Source: a virus (taxonomy: Duplodnaviria; Caudoviricetes). Taken from it: a stretch of DNA of 64,000 bases. The stretch covers positions 6,775 through 70,774 of the IMG/VR virus record IMGVR_UViG_3300005298_000010. One strand, 5' to 3'. Shown here one piece after another: positions 1 to 9,301 of the stretch. Each line of letters opens with the position of its first letter. The stretch's first letter is position 1. Made by a program: the position numbers and the translations under genes. The notes below the pieces were generated by a model that worked only from the letters and a program-made list of their open reading frames with translations, did not search any database and was not told the DNA's origin.

Positions 1-348
1 TGTGGAGTTTTTCTATTTGTTCCAGAAACTGCTATATGGTGTTTTGGATCCCCATTTTTTCGTAACAGGCTCCACCGGATCGTCGTCGAACTGATTCTGA
101 GAAAATATCCGGAGCGTTGCCTGGACAAATCTTGGACAGCTACGGTTTATCGTCACTGGGCTTTGATGCTTATCCGCGAGCAGGATCGCCTTCTGGTAAG
201 GTTGGGTTATCTTATAGGAAAGCCTTCATTGGAGGCTGCCCGTATGTTAGAGGAAGTGCTCCGGTATCCTATGACCCTCGAACAAATTATCGACATGGTC
301 CTCCGTGAAAAGCGACATGAATCGCAAAAACCCTCTCGAACTGATTGA
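1..348 (+). CDS. Hypothetical protein, 5'-truncated by the window edge
   Basis: The frame of track ORF 163..348 has no stop back to base 1; its 3' end overlaps the start of the next gene. Confidence 0.5.
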   Translation, partial: CGVFLFVPETAIWCFGSPFFRNRLHRIVVELILRKYPERCLDKSWTATVYRHWALMLIREQDRLLVRLGYLIGKPSLEAARMLEEVLRYPMTLEQIIDMVLREKRHESQKPSRTD

Positions 349-1570
349 AATTGAACAGACGATAGCTCCTCTCTTGGAGGATCGACCGAAAATTGACTTC
401 TCCTTAAATATCCCTACAGCCCCTGATTTTAAGCTCGATGGTTTTGTTGAGGTCACCGATACAGAAAACGTTAAAATCGACTTCCCTAATCCGCCCAGAT
501 CAGTACCTGACCTTAAACTAGCAGGTCCCCTAGAGACAATCGACATCGAGCCTCCAAAGCTCGAATCACCTGTAACCATCCCCTCCCAATCAGATCTCAA
601 ATTAGCCAATCTCCCAGAGACAATCGACATCGAGCCTCCAAAGCTCGAATCACCTGTAACCATCCCTCCTCAGCCGGATTTTAAACCGCTCGAATTTCCA
701 GAGATCGCAGATACCAAGCTGCCAAGTATCCAAATCCCCATAAACGAGCCCGCACAAATTGCGGAGACCAATCCGTTAAAATTCGAACCCCGAGAGATTT
801 CTACCGAATCCAATATCGATATCCCAGAACCACCCGAATCCATTGAAACGGAACCATTCGAAATCCCGCCTATCCTTAGACCCCGAACACCTCCACTTTT
901 TAGAAATCTCCGATTCGACCAAACACCCTCAGCGGCAACGCTTCCGCTTTCAGATATTTCCGTACCCACAGCTCCCGAGAACCCTCGCTTAGAAAACCTA
1001 CGAATTCCGACGTCAGAAACCACAATCGCTGCATTGAACATTCCCGTGCTAGAACCTCGTCAATTTGAGGATATCTTACCTATTCGGCTTGAGCCTCAAA
1101 GGGTACCAGCGTTCGAAGCTCCCTTTGTTCGTGCGAATCTACCACCCCTTTTCAATATCAAAGTCCCCGAAGAGCCCATCGATGACCTATTACCACCACA
1201 ACCCGAAATAGATCAAGAAGTTCCCTTACGCCCCGAAGGCCTCCAACAGGAAGCCTTAGTTAAACAAGACGAGCAGTTAATCCCTGAAATAATACAAGCT
1301 CCTGACATAGAAATTGATCTCAGACCCCCACAGGTAGATGCAGCACTTGGTCAGATACCGCATGTTTATTCCGATATAGGTCAAATACCGACCACAAATG
1401 CAGAACTTGTACCCGAGGTCCGTAATGCTTCCGCAACGGTTCCAATGGGAACAGGCCAGCCATCCGGAAGTTTGACAGCAGGTCTTACACCTAACGTAGT
1501 CCGTTTAGCACCTGGAACACGTTTTTCCGTTCGAATTGGTGAACATTTTGGTGTGATTTCGTTGATATAG
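317..1570 (+). CDS. Pro/Glu/Ile-rich low-complexity protein, possibly virion-associated
   Basis: Track ORF 305..1570, with the ATG at 317 (MNRKNP) the likelier start; internal duplication ETIDIEPPKLESPVTIP; packed against the next gene. Confidence 0.7.
   Translation: MNRKNPLELIEIEQTIAPLLEDRPKIDFSLNIPTAPDFKLDGFVEVTDTENVKIDFPNPPRSVPDLKLAGPLETIDIEPPKLESPVTIPSQSDLKLANLPETIDIEPPKLESPVTIPPQPDFKPLEFPEIADTKLPSIQIPINEPAQIAETNPLKFEPREISTESNIDIPEPPESIETEPFEIPPILRPRTPPLFRNLRFDQTPSAATLPLSDISVPTAPENPRLENLRIPTSETTIAALNIPVLEPRQFEDILPIRLEPQRVPAFEAPFVRANLPPLFNIKVPEEPIDDLLPPQPEIDQEVPLRPEGLQQEALVKQDEQLIPEIIQAPDIEIDLRPPQVDAALGQIPHVYSDIGQIPTTNAELVPEVRNASATVPMGTGQPSGSLTAGLTPNVVRLAPGTRFSVRIGEHFGVISLI
532..666 (+). 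repeat. Two 51-bp direct repeats (532-582, 616-666), period 84 bp, in frame
   Basis: agagacaatcgacatcgagcctccaaagctcgaatcacctgtaaccatccc occurs twice. Confidence 0.9.
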
Positions 1571-1572
1571 CC

Positions 1573-2133
1573 ATGCCTGCATTGTTTCTAAATCATGCTC
1601 AAGGAACATTAATCTATGCCGGAGAGGACTCCGGTTTTCCTGCTTTATTTAAGTTTGGGACTCTTGATGTCGAGCTAGTGTATCCCATTTTTTATCCCCC
1701 GTTTTTCGATCCTCGACAAATTGTTCTCACCGAACACGATCAGCGGACAACGGGAGCGATTATCAATTACCTTAAAATCGAGGGGATCGTAGCGGCAACG
1801 GCCAATACGACTATCTCGGGCGACACCTATGTTCATGTATTCGGACAAAAGCCTTTAACTGTCTACGTCGGAGGTTCGGCTTTCGTTAAGGTCTGTGATC
1901 CAGAGAAGGGACGAGAAGGCGAAGAAATTCATCCTCTAGATTACCTTCTAAACCTTGCTGACGCGACAGCGGCTTCAGTGCTGAATAAACTGTTATACGT
2001 CCAGCTGGGAGATTTGTATCTGTATGGTCCATTAGTGCAAATCCAGACACAAGTTAACACTGGCCAAACCCCCCTCTTTTACGACTTCATGTTAACCTTT
2101 TGGGCTAAAAGTACTCGTGTCACGTCGTCATAG
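1573..2133 (+). CDS. Hypothetical protein, beta-rich, possibly tail-associated
   Basis: 186 aa ORF separated by 2 bp from each neighbour; function inferred from context only. Confidence 0.65.
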   Translation: MPALFLNHAQGTLIYAGEDSGFPALFKFGTLDVELVYPIFYPPFFDPRQIVLTEHDQRTTGAIINYLKIEGIVAATANTTISGDTYVHVFGQKPLTVYVGGSAFVKVCDPEKGREGEEIHPLDYLLNLADATAASVLNKLLYVQLGDLYLYGPLVQIQTQVNTGQTPLFYDFMLTFWAKSTRVTSS

Positions 2134-2135
2134 CT

Positions 2136-3905
2136 ATGTACATTACCAAAGGGCGAGCTTTTTTGCAATTTATAACCGGAGAGACATTCGATGTCTCACG
2201 GTTTAAGTGCACTTACGATCTGATTACAGAGCCAGACGTCGGGCGTATTCCAAGAGCGGAAGTTACTATCCCTTTGGGCACAAGCATACAAACCGGTACC
2301 ACAAATGCTGGAGTAGCTCTTGTCGAGAATTTTGAATACTTCCGCTTCAACATCTGCTCATTATTTGTCGACACGGATACTGCTGCCTTTCAAAATCCGC
2401 AATGGACAAATTCAAAAATCGGAACATATAGGTACCAATTATTTGTCGGTTTTCCCATTGCCGTAGCGGAATCATTTGTTGGTCAGAATGAAATAACGGT
2501 TGTCCTTATACACTGGTTGGCATTCCTAGCTGCTCCTTATATCTTCAATCTCGTCATTCCTCATTTGGCCATCGGAGAGCTAAGTCGCATCTATCCGAAT
2601 CTGGGTGTTGTTGTTCCCGAGGATGTACATATCCTTATAAAGCTTTCCCAGATACCACAAGCTCTATTCCGGAAAATGACCCGTGAGGTGGATAGAAGCC
2701 AGTGGGACCTGTGGTGGCATGTCTTATTCCCGATTCTTGATATCATCATTCGTCTAGCCACGGTGGTTGCCTCTAGATGGAGAGTCGACAATCGTGACAT
2801 AACCTTCCGATATCTAGGTACCCTTGCTCGCAGAGCATTATGGTCAACCAATCGTGTCCTTTCTAGCATTCCTATCCATTTTTCTCATATTGAAAATAAT
2901 CCCGAGATTCCGAAGCTCTTGCGGCGGATGTTACCTGGTTATGCAGGAGGATTCCGTAAGGTCATCCGGAAGATGGTCGATGTCATCCGTCGAAATATGA
3001 TTTCCGATATTGGAACAATGTTGGCAGCGGTGCAGACTAACGAACAAGCTCAAAACTACGCAAGCCCACTTTTATTCCTTTTAACGTGTCTCCAGCACTT
3101 TCATTGTGCTCTTGTTCCATACCCTACTTTCTATGGAATCATCCCGTTCTGTCTCGGACTTCAGGATTATTGGAAGCCTAATAACAAGGTTACGGTCCTT
3201 CCAGGCGACATTTACCATCTAAATCTAAGTCGCCAACAAGACATAAGTATGCTGCCACCGAGGATTATCCTCGCCATTCAACCTGAGACCTCTAGTGTCG
3301 GGAATCCAGCTGAGGAACATCTTGCCCTTGTGTCAGTCTCTGGATTCTACAAGTCAAAATTCTGGAAGTTCGGATACATTCGGTCGGTCATTCTTCCATT
3401 CTTTTACCGTAACATCAAAAGCATTGATATAAAGACAATCGACGACGATTTTGAGAAAAAATTGTTACAGTTGGCCAATGAAGAAGAGAAAGATCTGCAG
3501 CGACGAGCTCAACTTCGAAAGGAAGATAAAGCCATAAGCCTTGTGGCCCGCATCTTTGCGGACCTCTATGCTCATTACAGCTATATTCTTCATCAGATCC
3601 AGAATCGGGTCATTCAAGTTACAACGCCTTTCCGAGGAGATATCGCTCCGGGTTCGACCATTCGCATTCAAATCGCCCATCCGTATGATTTAACAGATAA
3701 TCGTACTGTTTGTCACCTACAAGGAACCGTTTCACAGGTACAATACCTTGGGGATAGCCAACAAGGGCTTTTCTCTAATTACACGGTCATAGGTTGGCGT
3801 ATCCTGCCTGAGGTTTATCATCCCGATTTTTCAACAGCCATACATCCGATATACGGCACCTTCTGGAAGGGCGAAAATCATTTGTTATCAATACCATTAT
3901 CTTAG
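2136..3905 (+). CDS. Putative baseplate hub/tail protein (gp27/gpD-like)
   Basis: 589 aa; the C-terminal IQVTTPFRGDIAPGSTIRI...LQGTVSQVQY resembles the end of baseplate hub proteins. The ORF is solid, the function tentative. Confidence 0.45.
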   Translation: MYITKGRAFLQFITGETFDVSRFKCTYDLITEPDVGRIPRAEVTIPLGTSIQTGTTNAGVALVENFEYFRFNICSLFVDTDTAAFQNPQWTNSKIGTYRYQLFVGFPIAVAESFVGQNEITVVLIHWLAFLAAPYIFNLVIPHLAIGELSRIYPNLGVVVPEDVHILIKLSQIPQALFRKMTREVDRSQWDLWWHVLFPILDIIIRLATVVASRWRVDNRDITFRYLGTLARRALWSTNRVLSSIPIHFSHIENNPEIPKLLRRMLPGYAGGFRKVIRKMVDVIRRNMISDIGTMLAAVQTNEQAQNYASPLLFLLTCLQHFHCALVPYPTFYGIIPFCLGLQDYWKPNNKVTVLPGDIYHLNLSRQQDISMLPPRIILAIQPETSSVGNPAEEHLALVSVSGFYKSKFWKFGYIRSVILPFFYRNIKSIDIKTIDDDFEKKLLQLANEEEKDLQRRAQLRKEDKAISLVARIFADLYAHYSYILHQIQNRVIQVTTPFRGDIAPGSTIRIQIAHPYDLTDNRTVCHLQGTVSQVQYLGDSQQGLFSNYTVIGWRILPEVYHPDFSTAIHPIYGTFWKGENHLLSIPLS

Positions 3906-3920
3906 TGATCTAGGTCAACC

Positions 3921-4625
3921 ATGCCCAACGAACAACTACAAGAGCTTCTGAATCAGTACCGCCAGACGAAAGACAAACAGGTACTCAATCAAATTATGGA
4001 CATCTTAAACCCGCTGATCACGAAAGGAGTTAGAACCTTCGGCGGGGGAGGAGATGAGGCTTATTTAAACGCCCGTGCGAGACTAATCGTTAAACGGGCG
4101 ATTGATAACTATGATCCTAAGAAAGGTCGTCTAGAAAACTACATTATGCTAAGTCTTCAAGAACTCAGACGTAGAGCGGCCGAGAGTAAAAGTGTCTTAA
4201 GTTCGTCAGAATATATGAGGCTTCAGCAAAAGAAATTGTATGAGTCCGAGAAGGAACTGGAAGACCGTCTAGGAAGACCACCATCAGATCAAGAGCTCGC
4301 TGACTATTTGGGCGTATCCTTAAGTAAAATCAGCCGTCTACGCAGTGCCCAAGGAGGGTCTGTGGGTAGTAGTGTCGGAGAGATGGCTGTCAAACTTCCT
4401 CAATTCGGAGAATTAAATGAAGCCCAGCGACTATGGCTTGATACAGTCTATTTGGATGCCTCGCCAGAAGATAAGGTGATTATGGAACATTATTTTGGTC
4501 TCCGAGGTAGAAAACCGGCTACTTTCGAAGAAATCGCTAAGCGACTGAAAAAATCCATTGGTTACGTGCATGGGCGTGTCCAAAAAATCAACAACGAGCT
4601 GTCGCTGCTTGAAAGTCTACGGTAA
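3921..4625 (+). CDS. RNA polymerase sigma70-family factor (FliA/SigF-like architecture)
   Basis: Region 2 AIDNYDPKKGRLENYI, region 3 LGRPPSDQELADYLGVS, region 4 HTH YFGLRGRKPATFEEIAKRL. Confidence 0.85.
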   Translation: MPNEQLQELLNQYRQTKDKQVLNQIMDILNPLITKGVRTFGGGGDEAYLNARARLIVKRAIDNYDPKKGRLENYIMLSLQELRRRAAESKSVLSSSEYMRLQQKKLYESEKELEDRLGRPPSDQELADYLGVSLSKISRLRSAQGGSVGSSVGEMAVKLPQFGELNEAQRLWLDTVYLDASPEDKVIMEHYFGLRGRKPATFEEIAKRLKKSIGYVHGRVQKINNELSLLESLR

Positions 4626-5113
4626 TGCCCGAGCAGGAACGTAAAAATCCACACACATCCGAAGTAATTAATAGTCTTCAGGACCACCAGAAGTTTTTAT
4701 TTTACGTTCTTAACAACCAGTTCCGACAGTTCAAGCTAGATTCCCTCATTGAAAAAAGTGCCGTCAACTTTGATTTTCCCCTCAAGACCTGGTTTTACCA
4801 TCCAACTCAGGATGATATGAGTAAGGACCTTAAGAAATTCAAACGGGATCAAATAAACCAGGAACGATTCGATCAATACTATGAAGAAGAAGGAAACCTG
4901 ATTACACTTTGGGCACTTACGCTAGAGCAGGCAATTCTGGACCATATTGAACGTGCATATCACGATAAATGTAAAACTCCAAATCGAGCCATCGCCCACA
5001 TGGCAGCTCGTTTACGGATACATGGTAGCAAGCATGGTTATTGGCAATGGTTACACGACATTCTGGACCAGCTGTATAACGAAGAACCGTTCCCATTAGA
5101 GGGTTCGGATTAA
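4625..5113 (+). CDS. Hypothetical protein
   Basis: 162 aa; start and stop overlap both neighbours (translational coupling). Confidence 0.7.
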   Translation: MPEQERKNPHTSEVINSLQDHQKFLFYVLNNQFRQFKLDSLIEKSAVNFDFPLKTWFYHPTQDDMSKDLKKFKRDQINQERFDQYYEEEGNLITLWALTLEQAILDHIERAYHDKCKTPNRAIAHMAARLRIHGSKHGYWQWLHDILDQLYNEEPFPLEGSD

Positions 5114-7785
5114 TGGGTTATGCAGTTTGTTACTTTCAATGCATTAATGGTCGTTGGGTAAACCGCTCATCTTTTAGTTGCTGTTATTGGCTCTCCGACG
5201 ATCCTTCAGGACAATCGTGCGATCAGGAAGGATCGTTCACTCATAGACTCTGCTGGGATCCTTCTATTCCCGACGAACCTCGTTGCTTCTTCGTCTGCTA
5301 TGACAATGTCTGGTACTATCTTCTTTATCCAAGTCTAAGGACTAATTGTATTTACGGTGACCCGTTTTATGAAAAGATAGGAGTTTATCATCACTGCTGC
5401 GTCACTAATATCCCCGCCTGCATTAATGGATTTCTCTATTCTGTACCTTGCCACAGTGGACGACCCACAACTGACTGTGAACGCTCGGTCATTGATTGGC
5501 AGTGTGTCGAACAGATTCATCGTATTCCTTGGGAAAATGAAATCATTGAAGAGAGTATCTTTTCTTGGAAAAAGATTCAAGGAAATTGTCCCCAAGGTTG
5601 CCGAGAAGTACCGCCTTCAGTTCCGTGCAATGCAGATATCAAAGATCAAGTTATTACAACTCCATGCGAAAGCTCCTCGAATTGTAAGACATCCTGTTTC
5701 AACTATAGCTGCATTTTCGTATGTAAAGAAGTTGATGGTCGCCCTACGCTTGTTAAAGCCTTCGATACCTGTGCTCTAGGTTTTAAGTGTGCCTGCCCCA
5801 ATATAGATCAAACGGACTACAGTCAGTATCTATGTAATGAGCATAATCTTAGAAACGTTTACACCTTCAATTGCATTCCTCTCTTAGATATCTCAGACCC
5901 CCGCGTTAAGTGCGAAATATCAAGATGCCTCTGGTTATATGAAAATCAAGCTTGGATCGAACTGCAAGGTTGTGAGGATTTCGTAGACGAACTACATACT
6001 ACGACTTCTTCAACAACGTCAACCACGTCAACAACCACATCGACCACCAGTACCACAACTTCCACTACCACAAGTACAACGGAAGAACCACCCGAGGGAA
6101 CGTGTCTGTTCATGTGGGACACGGGAACATTACGCTATGTGCTAGTCTCTTCCGCCTGTGCTCAAGGTTATGTCTGTCCAATACTCTGTGAATATCAAGG
6201 CGATGTTGTAATCGTACCTTGTGTGCAGACACCGGAAACAGCAGAGTGCTATTGTCTTAATTGTGGCGTCCAATTGTATCAAGAGCCCAACCGCGGGCAT
6301 GATTATTATCATTACAAATTATCTCGCAATCCTTGTCATTCTGTCGGTTGTGGTTGCGTCTTTACAGAAGTTCCTGTTAAGCTTTTGATGTATACTAGAG
6401 ACGATCACTGGGAGGATACAACAGGATTAGACGCAGCACCTCTTCCAGCCACACCGCAATACCTACTATTTGGCGGTTATCGCTACCTTACACCAGATCA
6501 TGAACCATACTATATAGCTCTTGAGTTTCCAGATAACGTTTATTTCCGTTGCCGATCTCAAGAGTCCAATGTTCATGACTGTCTGGCTTGGACAGAAGCC
6601 GAAATAGATTTAAGATACTGTTGGGAGTTTAGCCGTCCACGAGGATGTCCGACCGGCTGTATGCCTGATTGTCGAAATATTGAGAACTTGGCAGGCACGC
6701 AGCTTTCGAAGGTTCTGCTTCGTTGTATTTCGAAAGAATACGCTGTTCAATTAGGTTATCCGTGGTATGCAAGGGACAATCATCAATGGCTTTATCAACC
6801 AGAAGGTAATAACTGGGAGTATGATCCAGATTATTGGGCCAGCCCTTGTATGTGTCCTGCACGTTGCCGCTTCCGTGCAGTCCGCATGACACAACACAAC
6901 TTACTTGTCTGGCAATTCGTTGATTTTGTAATTCCGCAGGGAATTGTTCTAACAAAAACCCTCGAAGCTGGATGTCAATGTGTTTATCCTGATCGTCCAC
7001 CCACTAGAGAAGGTGAGACAATCACCGTCCAGGCCCTTTGGAGACAGGCCCCTTGGGGAAATCCCCCTTGGCAGGAGTCGCGACTCACTTACGACACAAT
7101 GGTCGGCATGGCATATTGCATCTACACTAATGTTTGGGGCACATTTATAGATATTCACGCAGAGCCTATAGCGGAAAGTGATTTCGGCGATCTATGTCGT
7201 CCACTTCCTATGTTACCGGCCACATATGGACCTTGTATCGTTGTGGACGGAGAACTTCCTCCCACTACGTCGACAACGACCTCCACAACATCATCATCCA
7301 CCACAGAAGAACCCACATCCTCAACATCATCATCCACCACAGAAGAGCCCACATCCTCAACATCATCATCCACCACAGAAGAGCCCACATCCTCAACAAC
7401 ATCATCCACCACAGAAGAGCCCACATCCTCAACAACATCATCCACCACAGAAGAACCCACATCCTCGACGACATCCTCTACCACAGAAGAACCCACATCC
7501 TCGACAACATCCTCTACCACAGAAGAGCCCACATCCTCAACGACGTCTTCAACAACATCATCCACTACAGGAGAACCGATGTCTTCAACAGGTGAAAGTT
7601 ATGGATGCTCAGATTGTGCTTGTGAATGGATTTCGGAATACGACTGGGAAACTGGTGAAGTTTATTGGATGTTGTCGGCTTGGTGCTCAATTGGTTACGA
7701 TTGTACAGGATGCAATTACTGTCCCGAACCTTCATTCCCGCCAGAATATTCCGGGCAAATTACCTATACTCAATGTAGTCCATAG
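5113..7785 (+). CDS. Large Cys/Trp-rich protein with two Thr/Ser-rich mucin-like linkers; putative virion fibre/decoration protein
   Basis: 890 aa, very high Cys content, repeated C-x-W...W...C...C modules, TTTSSTTSTT tract and STTEEPTSSTxS repeats. Confidence 0.7.
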   Translation: MGYAVCYFQCINGRWVNRSSFSCCYWLSDDPSGQSCDQEGSFTHRLCWDPSIPDEPRCFFVCYDNVWYYLLYPSLRTNCIYGDPFYEKIGVYHHCCVTNIPACINGFLYSVPCHSGRPTTDCERSVIDWQCVEQIHRIPWENEIIEESIFSWKKIQGNCPQGCREVPPSVPCNADIKDQVITTPCESSSNCKTSCFNYSCIFVCKEVDGRPTLVKAFDTCALGFKCACPNIDQTDYSQYLCNEHNLRNVYTFNCIPLLDISDPRVKCEISRCLWLYENQAWIELQGCEDFVDELHTTTSSTTSTTSTTTSTTSTTTSTTTSTTEEPPEGTCLFMWDTGTLRYVLVSSACAQGYVCPILCEYQGDVVIVPCVQTPETAECYCLNCGVQLYQEPNRGHDYYHYKLSRNPCHSVGCGCVFTEVPVKLLMYTRDDHWEDTTGLDAAPLPATPQYLLFGGYRYLTPDHEPYYIALEFPDNVYFRCRSQESNVHDCLAWTEAEIDLRYCWEFSRPRGCPTGCMPDCRNIENLAGTQLSKVLLRCISKEYAVQLGYPWYARDNHQWLYQPEGNNWEYDPDYWASPCMCPARCRFRAVRMTQHNLLVWQFVDFVIPQGIVLTKTLEAGCQCVYPDRPPTREGETITVQALWRQAPWGNPPWQESRLTYDTMVGMAYCIYTNVWGTFIDIHAEPIAESDFGDLCRPLPMLPATYGPCIVVDGELPPTTSTTTSTTSSSTTEEPTSSTSSSTTEEPTSSTSSSTTEEPTSSTTSSTTEEPTSSTTSSTTEEPTSSTTSSTTEEPTSSTTSSTTEEPTSSTTSSTTSSTTGEPMSSTGESYGCSDCACEWISEYDWETGEVYWMLSAWCSIGYDCTGCNYCPEPSFPPEYSGQITYTQCSP
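7297..7548 (+). repeat. Coding tandem repeat, about 7 x 36 bp (STTEEPTSSTxS)
   Basis: Unit tccaccacagaaga(a/g)cccacatcctcaac... repeats in frame with synonymous variation. Confidence 0.9.
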
Positions 7786-7807
7786 TTCATTATGTCTTTG
7801 ACGAACC

Positions 7808-9301
7808 ATGAATAACTGGAAATGCCTTTGTTGGATTCCAGAAATTCCCAGTCCGCGTGACGGTGCGGTTTACATTACCGATTGTAGTTACATTCAAGCA
7901 ACGCCCTGTGGGACTTCTTGCCAATGGTATTGTGACCCTCAAACCTTTACATGGATATTACAACGTCCTTGTCAAGAAGGATGCGAATGTGATCTTCCTC
8001 CTCATGATTGCACTTGTGATAATATCTGCGAGACCTTCTTCAGCACGTGCTTCGGCTATGTTACAACCACAACAACCACCTCAACCACGACAACTACTCA
8101 AGAACCTCCAGATTGTGGTCAATGTACCTGGTATTGTGGTTGTAAAGAGGTTGATGGCGTTATTACTTGGTATTGGCTACAAACCAAAGCATGTGCATTT
8201 CCAGATGCCTGTGACTGTCCTCTTCCGGAAGAAGAATGTACGGTAGAAAAAGCCTGCGAGACGAGGAAGCTAGATTGCACATTATCTGATGAGTGGTATC
8301 TTATCTCGGAACCAACAGGTCCTTGTGGTGTTTGCAAATACCGGAAGGTTGACCTCTATAGCTATACCATAGAAGCATACGGCTGCATTCTTACATGTGA
8401 CTGTCCGACCGGCTTCTCGAATATCCGTATCCGTAACCCCGTTTTCTGGATCGTTTGTGACCCAGGCGGCGGACTTTGGAAATTCACTTTTGACCAAACC
8501 TACCGCGTTGACGATCCCTTCATTGTCTATAGCTACGATATCTTTGCCTTCTTCCCGTCCTTAGAGCAGGACTATCACATAACCGCCGGGACCTTCGTTG
8601 TCAACGAATTTTCGGCATCAATTCAACAGGACTATGTAATTAGTGGTGGTCGGTTCCCTGAGCCCGGCATCTTGGACTTTACAGGAAGCGTGACGGAAAC
8701 AGAGGTTATCGAGGATCACGAATTTGAGTCTGTCTTTTTGACGCTAGACTTTAGCTTCGATGCATATTACGATCCCGTCCCAACTGTAGAGTTTATCGTC
8801 CCAGATCCCATCGAGATTGACACCTATGTCGATGAAACTTACATCCTCGATGGGGGTGAATTCAGCATTTACGATCCATGTGCAACCGGCGTTTGCCTAT
8901 ATGTTTGGTATAATGACACTTGGTACCTTGTCGAGAATCTCTGTCCTTGCTCTTGTTATCCTCCTACTGTCGCGGGACAATATAATGGAGAATTAAAACG
9001 AGGCATTTGTAAGATCATTCCACCTAGCCGAATTCGTGAGGGAGTCATTCAAGAATACGTATTGGATTCTGGAAGTGTCGAGATCTGGGAACTTTCAGGG
9101 GTCCTTGAAACGGAGCAAACCTATGAAATCATTGGAGGTACCTTTACACTCGAAGAGCCTGAAAGATGTGTTGGATGGTGTATCTACATTTGGAATGGGC
9201 AGGAATGGCTCGAAGCCAGTAACTTCTGCTCCTGTAACTGCTACCCACCAGAAACCTCAGGCAATTACTACGGAGAAATCCGATATGGAACCTGCAGCTA
9301 A
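7808..9301 (+). CDS. Cys/Trp-rich protein sharing the module of 5113..7785
   Basis: 497 aa; CLYVWYNDTWYLVENLCPCSCYPP and CIYIWNGQEWLEASNFCSCNCYPP duplicated; poly-Thr linker. Confidence 0.7.
   Translation: MNNWKCLCWIPEIPSPRDGAVYITDCSYIQATPCGTSCQWYCDPQTFTWILQRPCQEGCECDLPPHDCTCDNICETFFSTCFGYVTTTTTTSTTTTTQEPPDCGQCTWYCGCKEVDGVITWYWLQTKACAFPDACDCPLPEEECTVEKACETRKLDCTLSDEWYLISEPTGPCGVCKYRKVDLYSYTIEAYGCILTCDCPTGFSNIRIRNPVFWIVCDPGGGLWKFTFDQTYRVDDPFIVYSYDIFAFFPSLEQDYHITAGTFVVNEFSASIQQDYVISGGRFPEPGILDFTGSVTETEVIEDHEFESVFLTLDFSFDAYYDPVPTVEFIVPDPIEIDTYVDETYILDGGEFSIYDPCATGVCLYVWYNDTWYLVENLCPCSCYPPTVAGQYNGELKRGICKIIPPSRIREGVIQEYVLDSGSVEIWELSGVLETEQTYEIIGGTFTLEEPERCVGWCIYIWNGQEWLEASNFCSCNCYPPETSGNYYGEIRYGTCS

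Noticed and set aside
247-1041. Minus-strand ORFs 247..663 and 670..1041
   Set aside because: Antisense shadows of the Pro-rich gene; they mirror its duplication and lack an RBS.
7297-7548. 36-bp periodic repeat as a CRISPR or TIGR array
   Set aside because: It lies in frame inside an 890 aa ORF, varies mainly at synonymous positions and has no unique spacers.
7155-7801. Overlapping ORFs 7155..7565, 7178..7801, 7194..7595, 7265..7474
   Set aside because: Alternative-frame shadows of the stop-poor Ser/Thr repeat.
9036-9284. N-terminal 83 aa of track ORF 9036..11072
   Set aside because: It overlaps the clearly coding Cys-rich gene; GT2 similarity begins only after ATG 9285.
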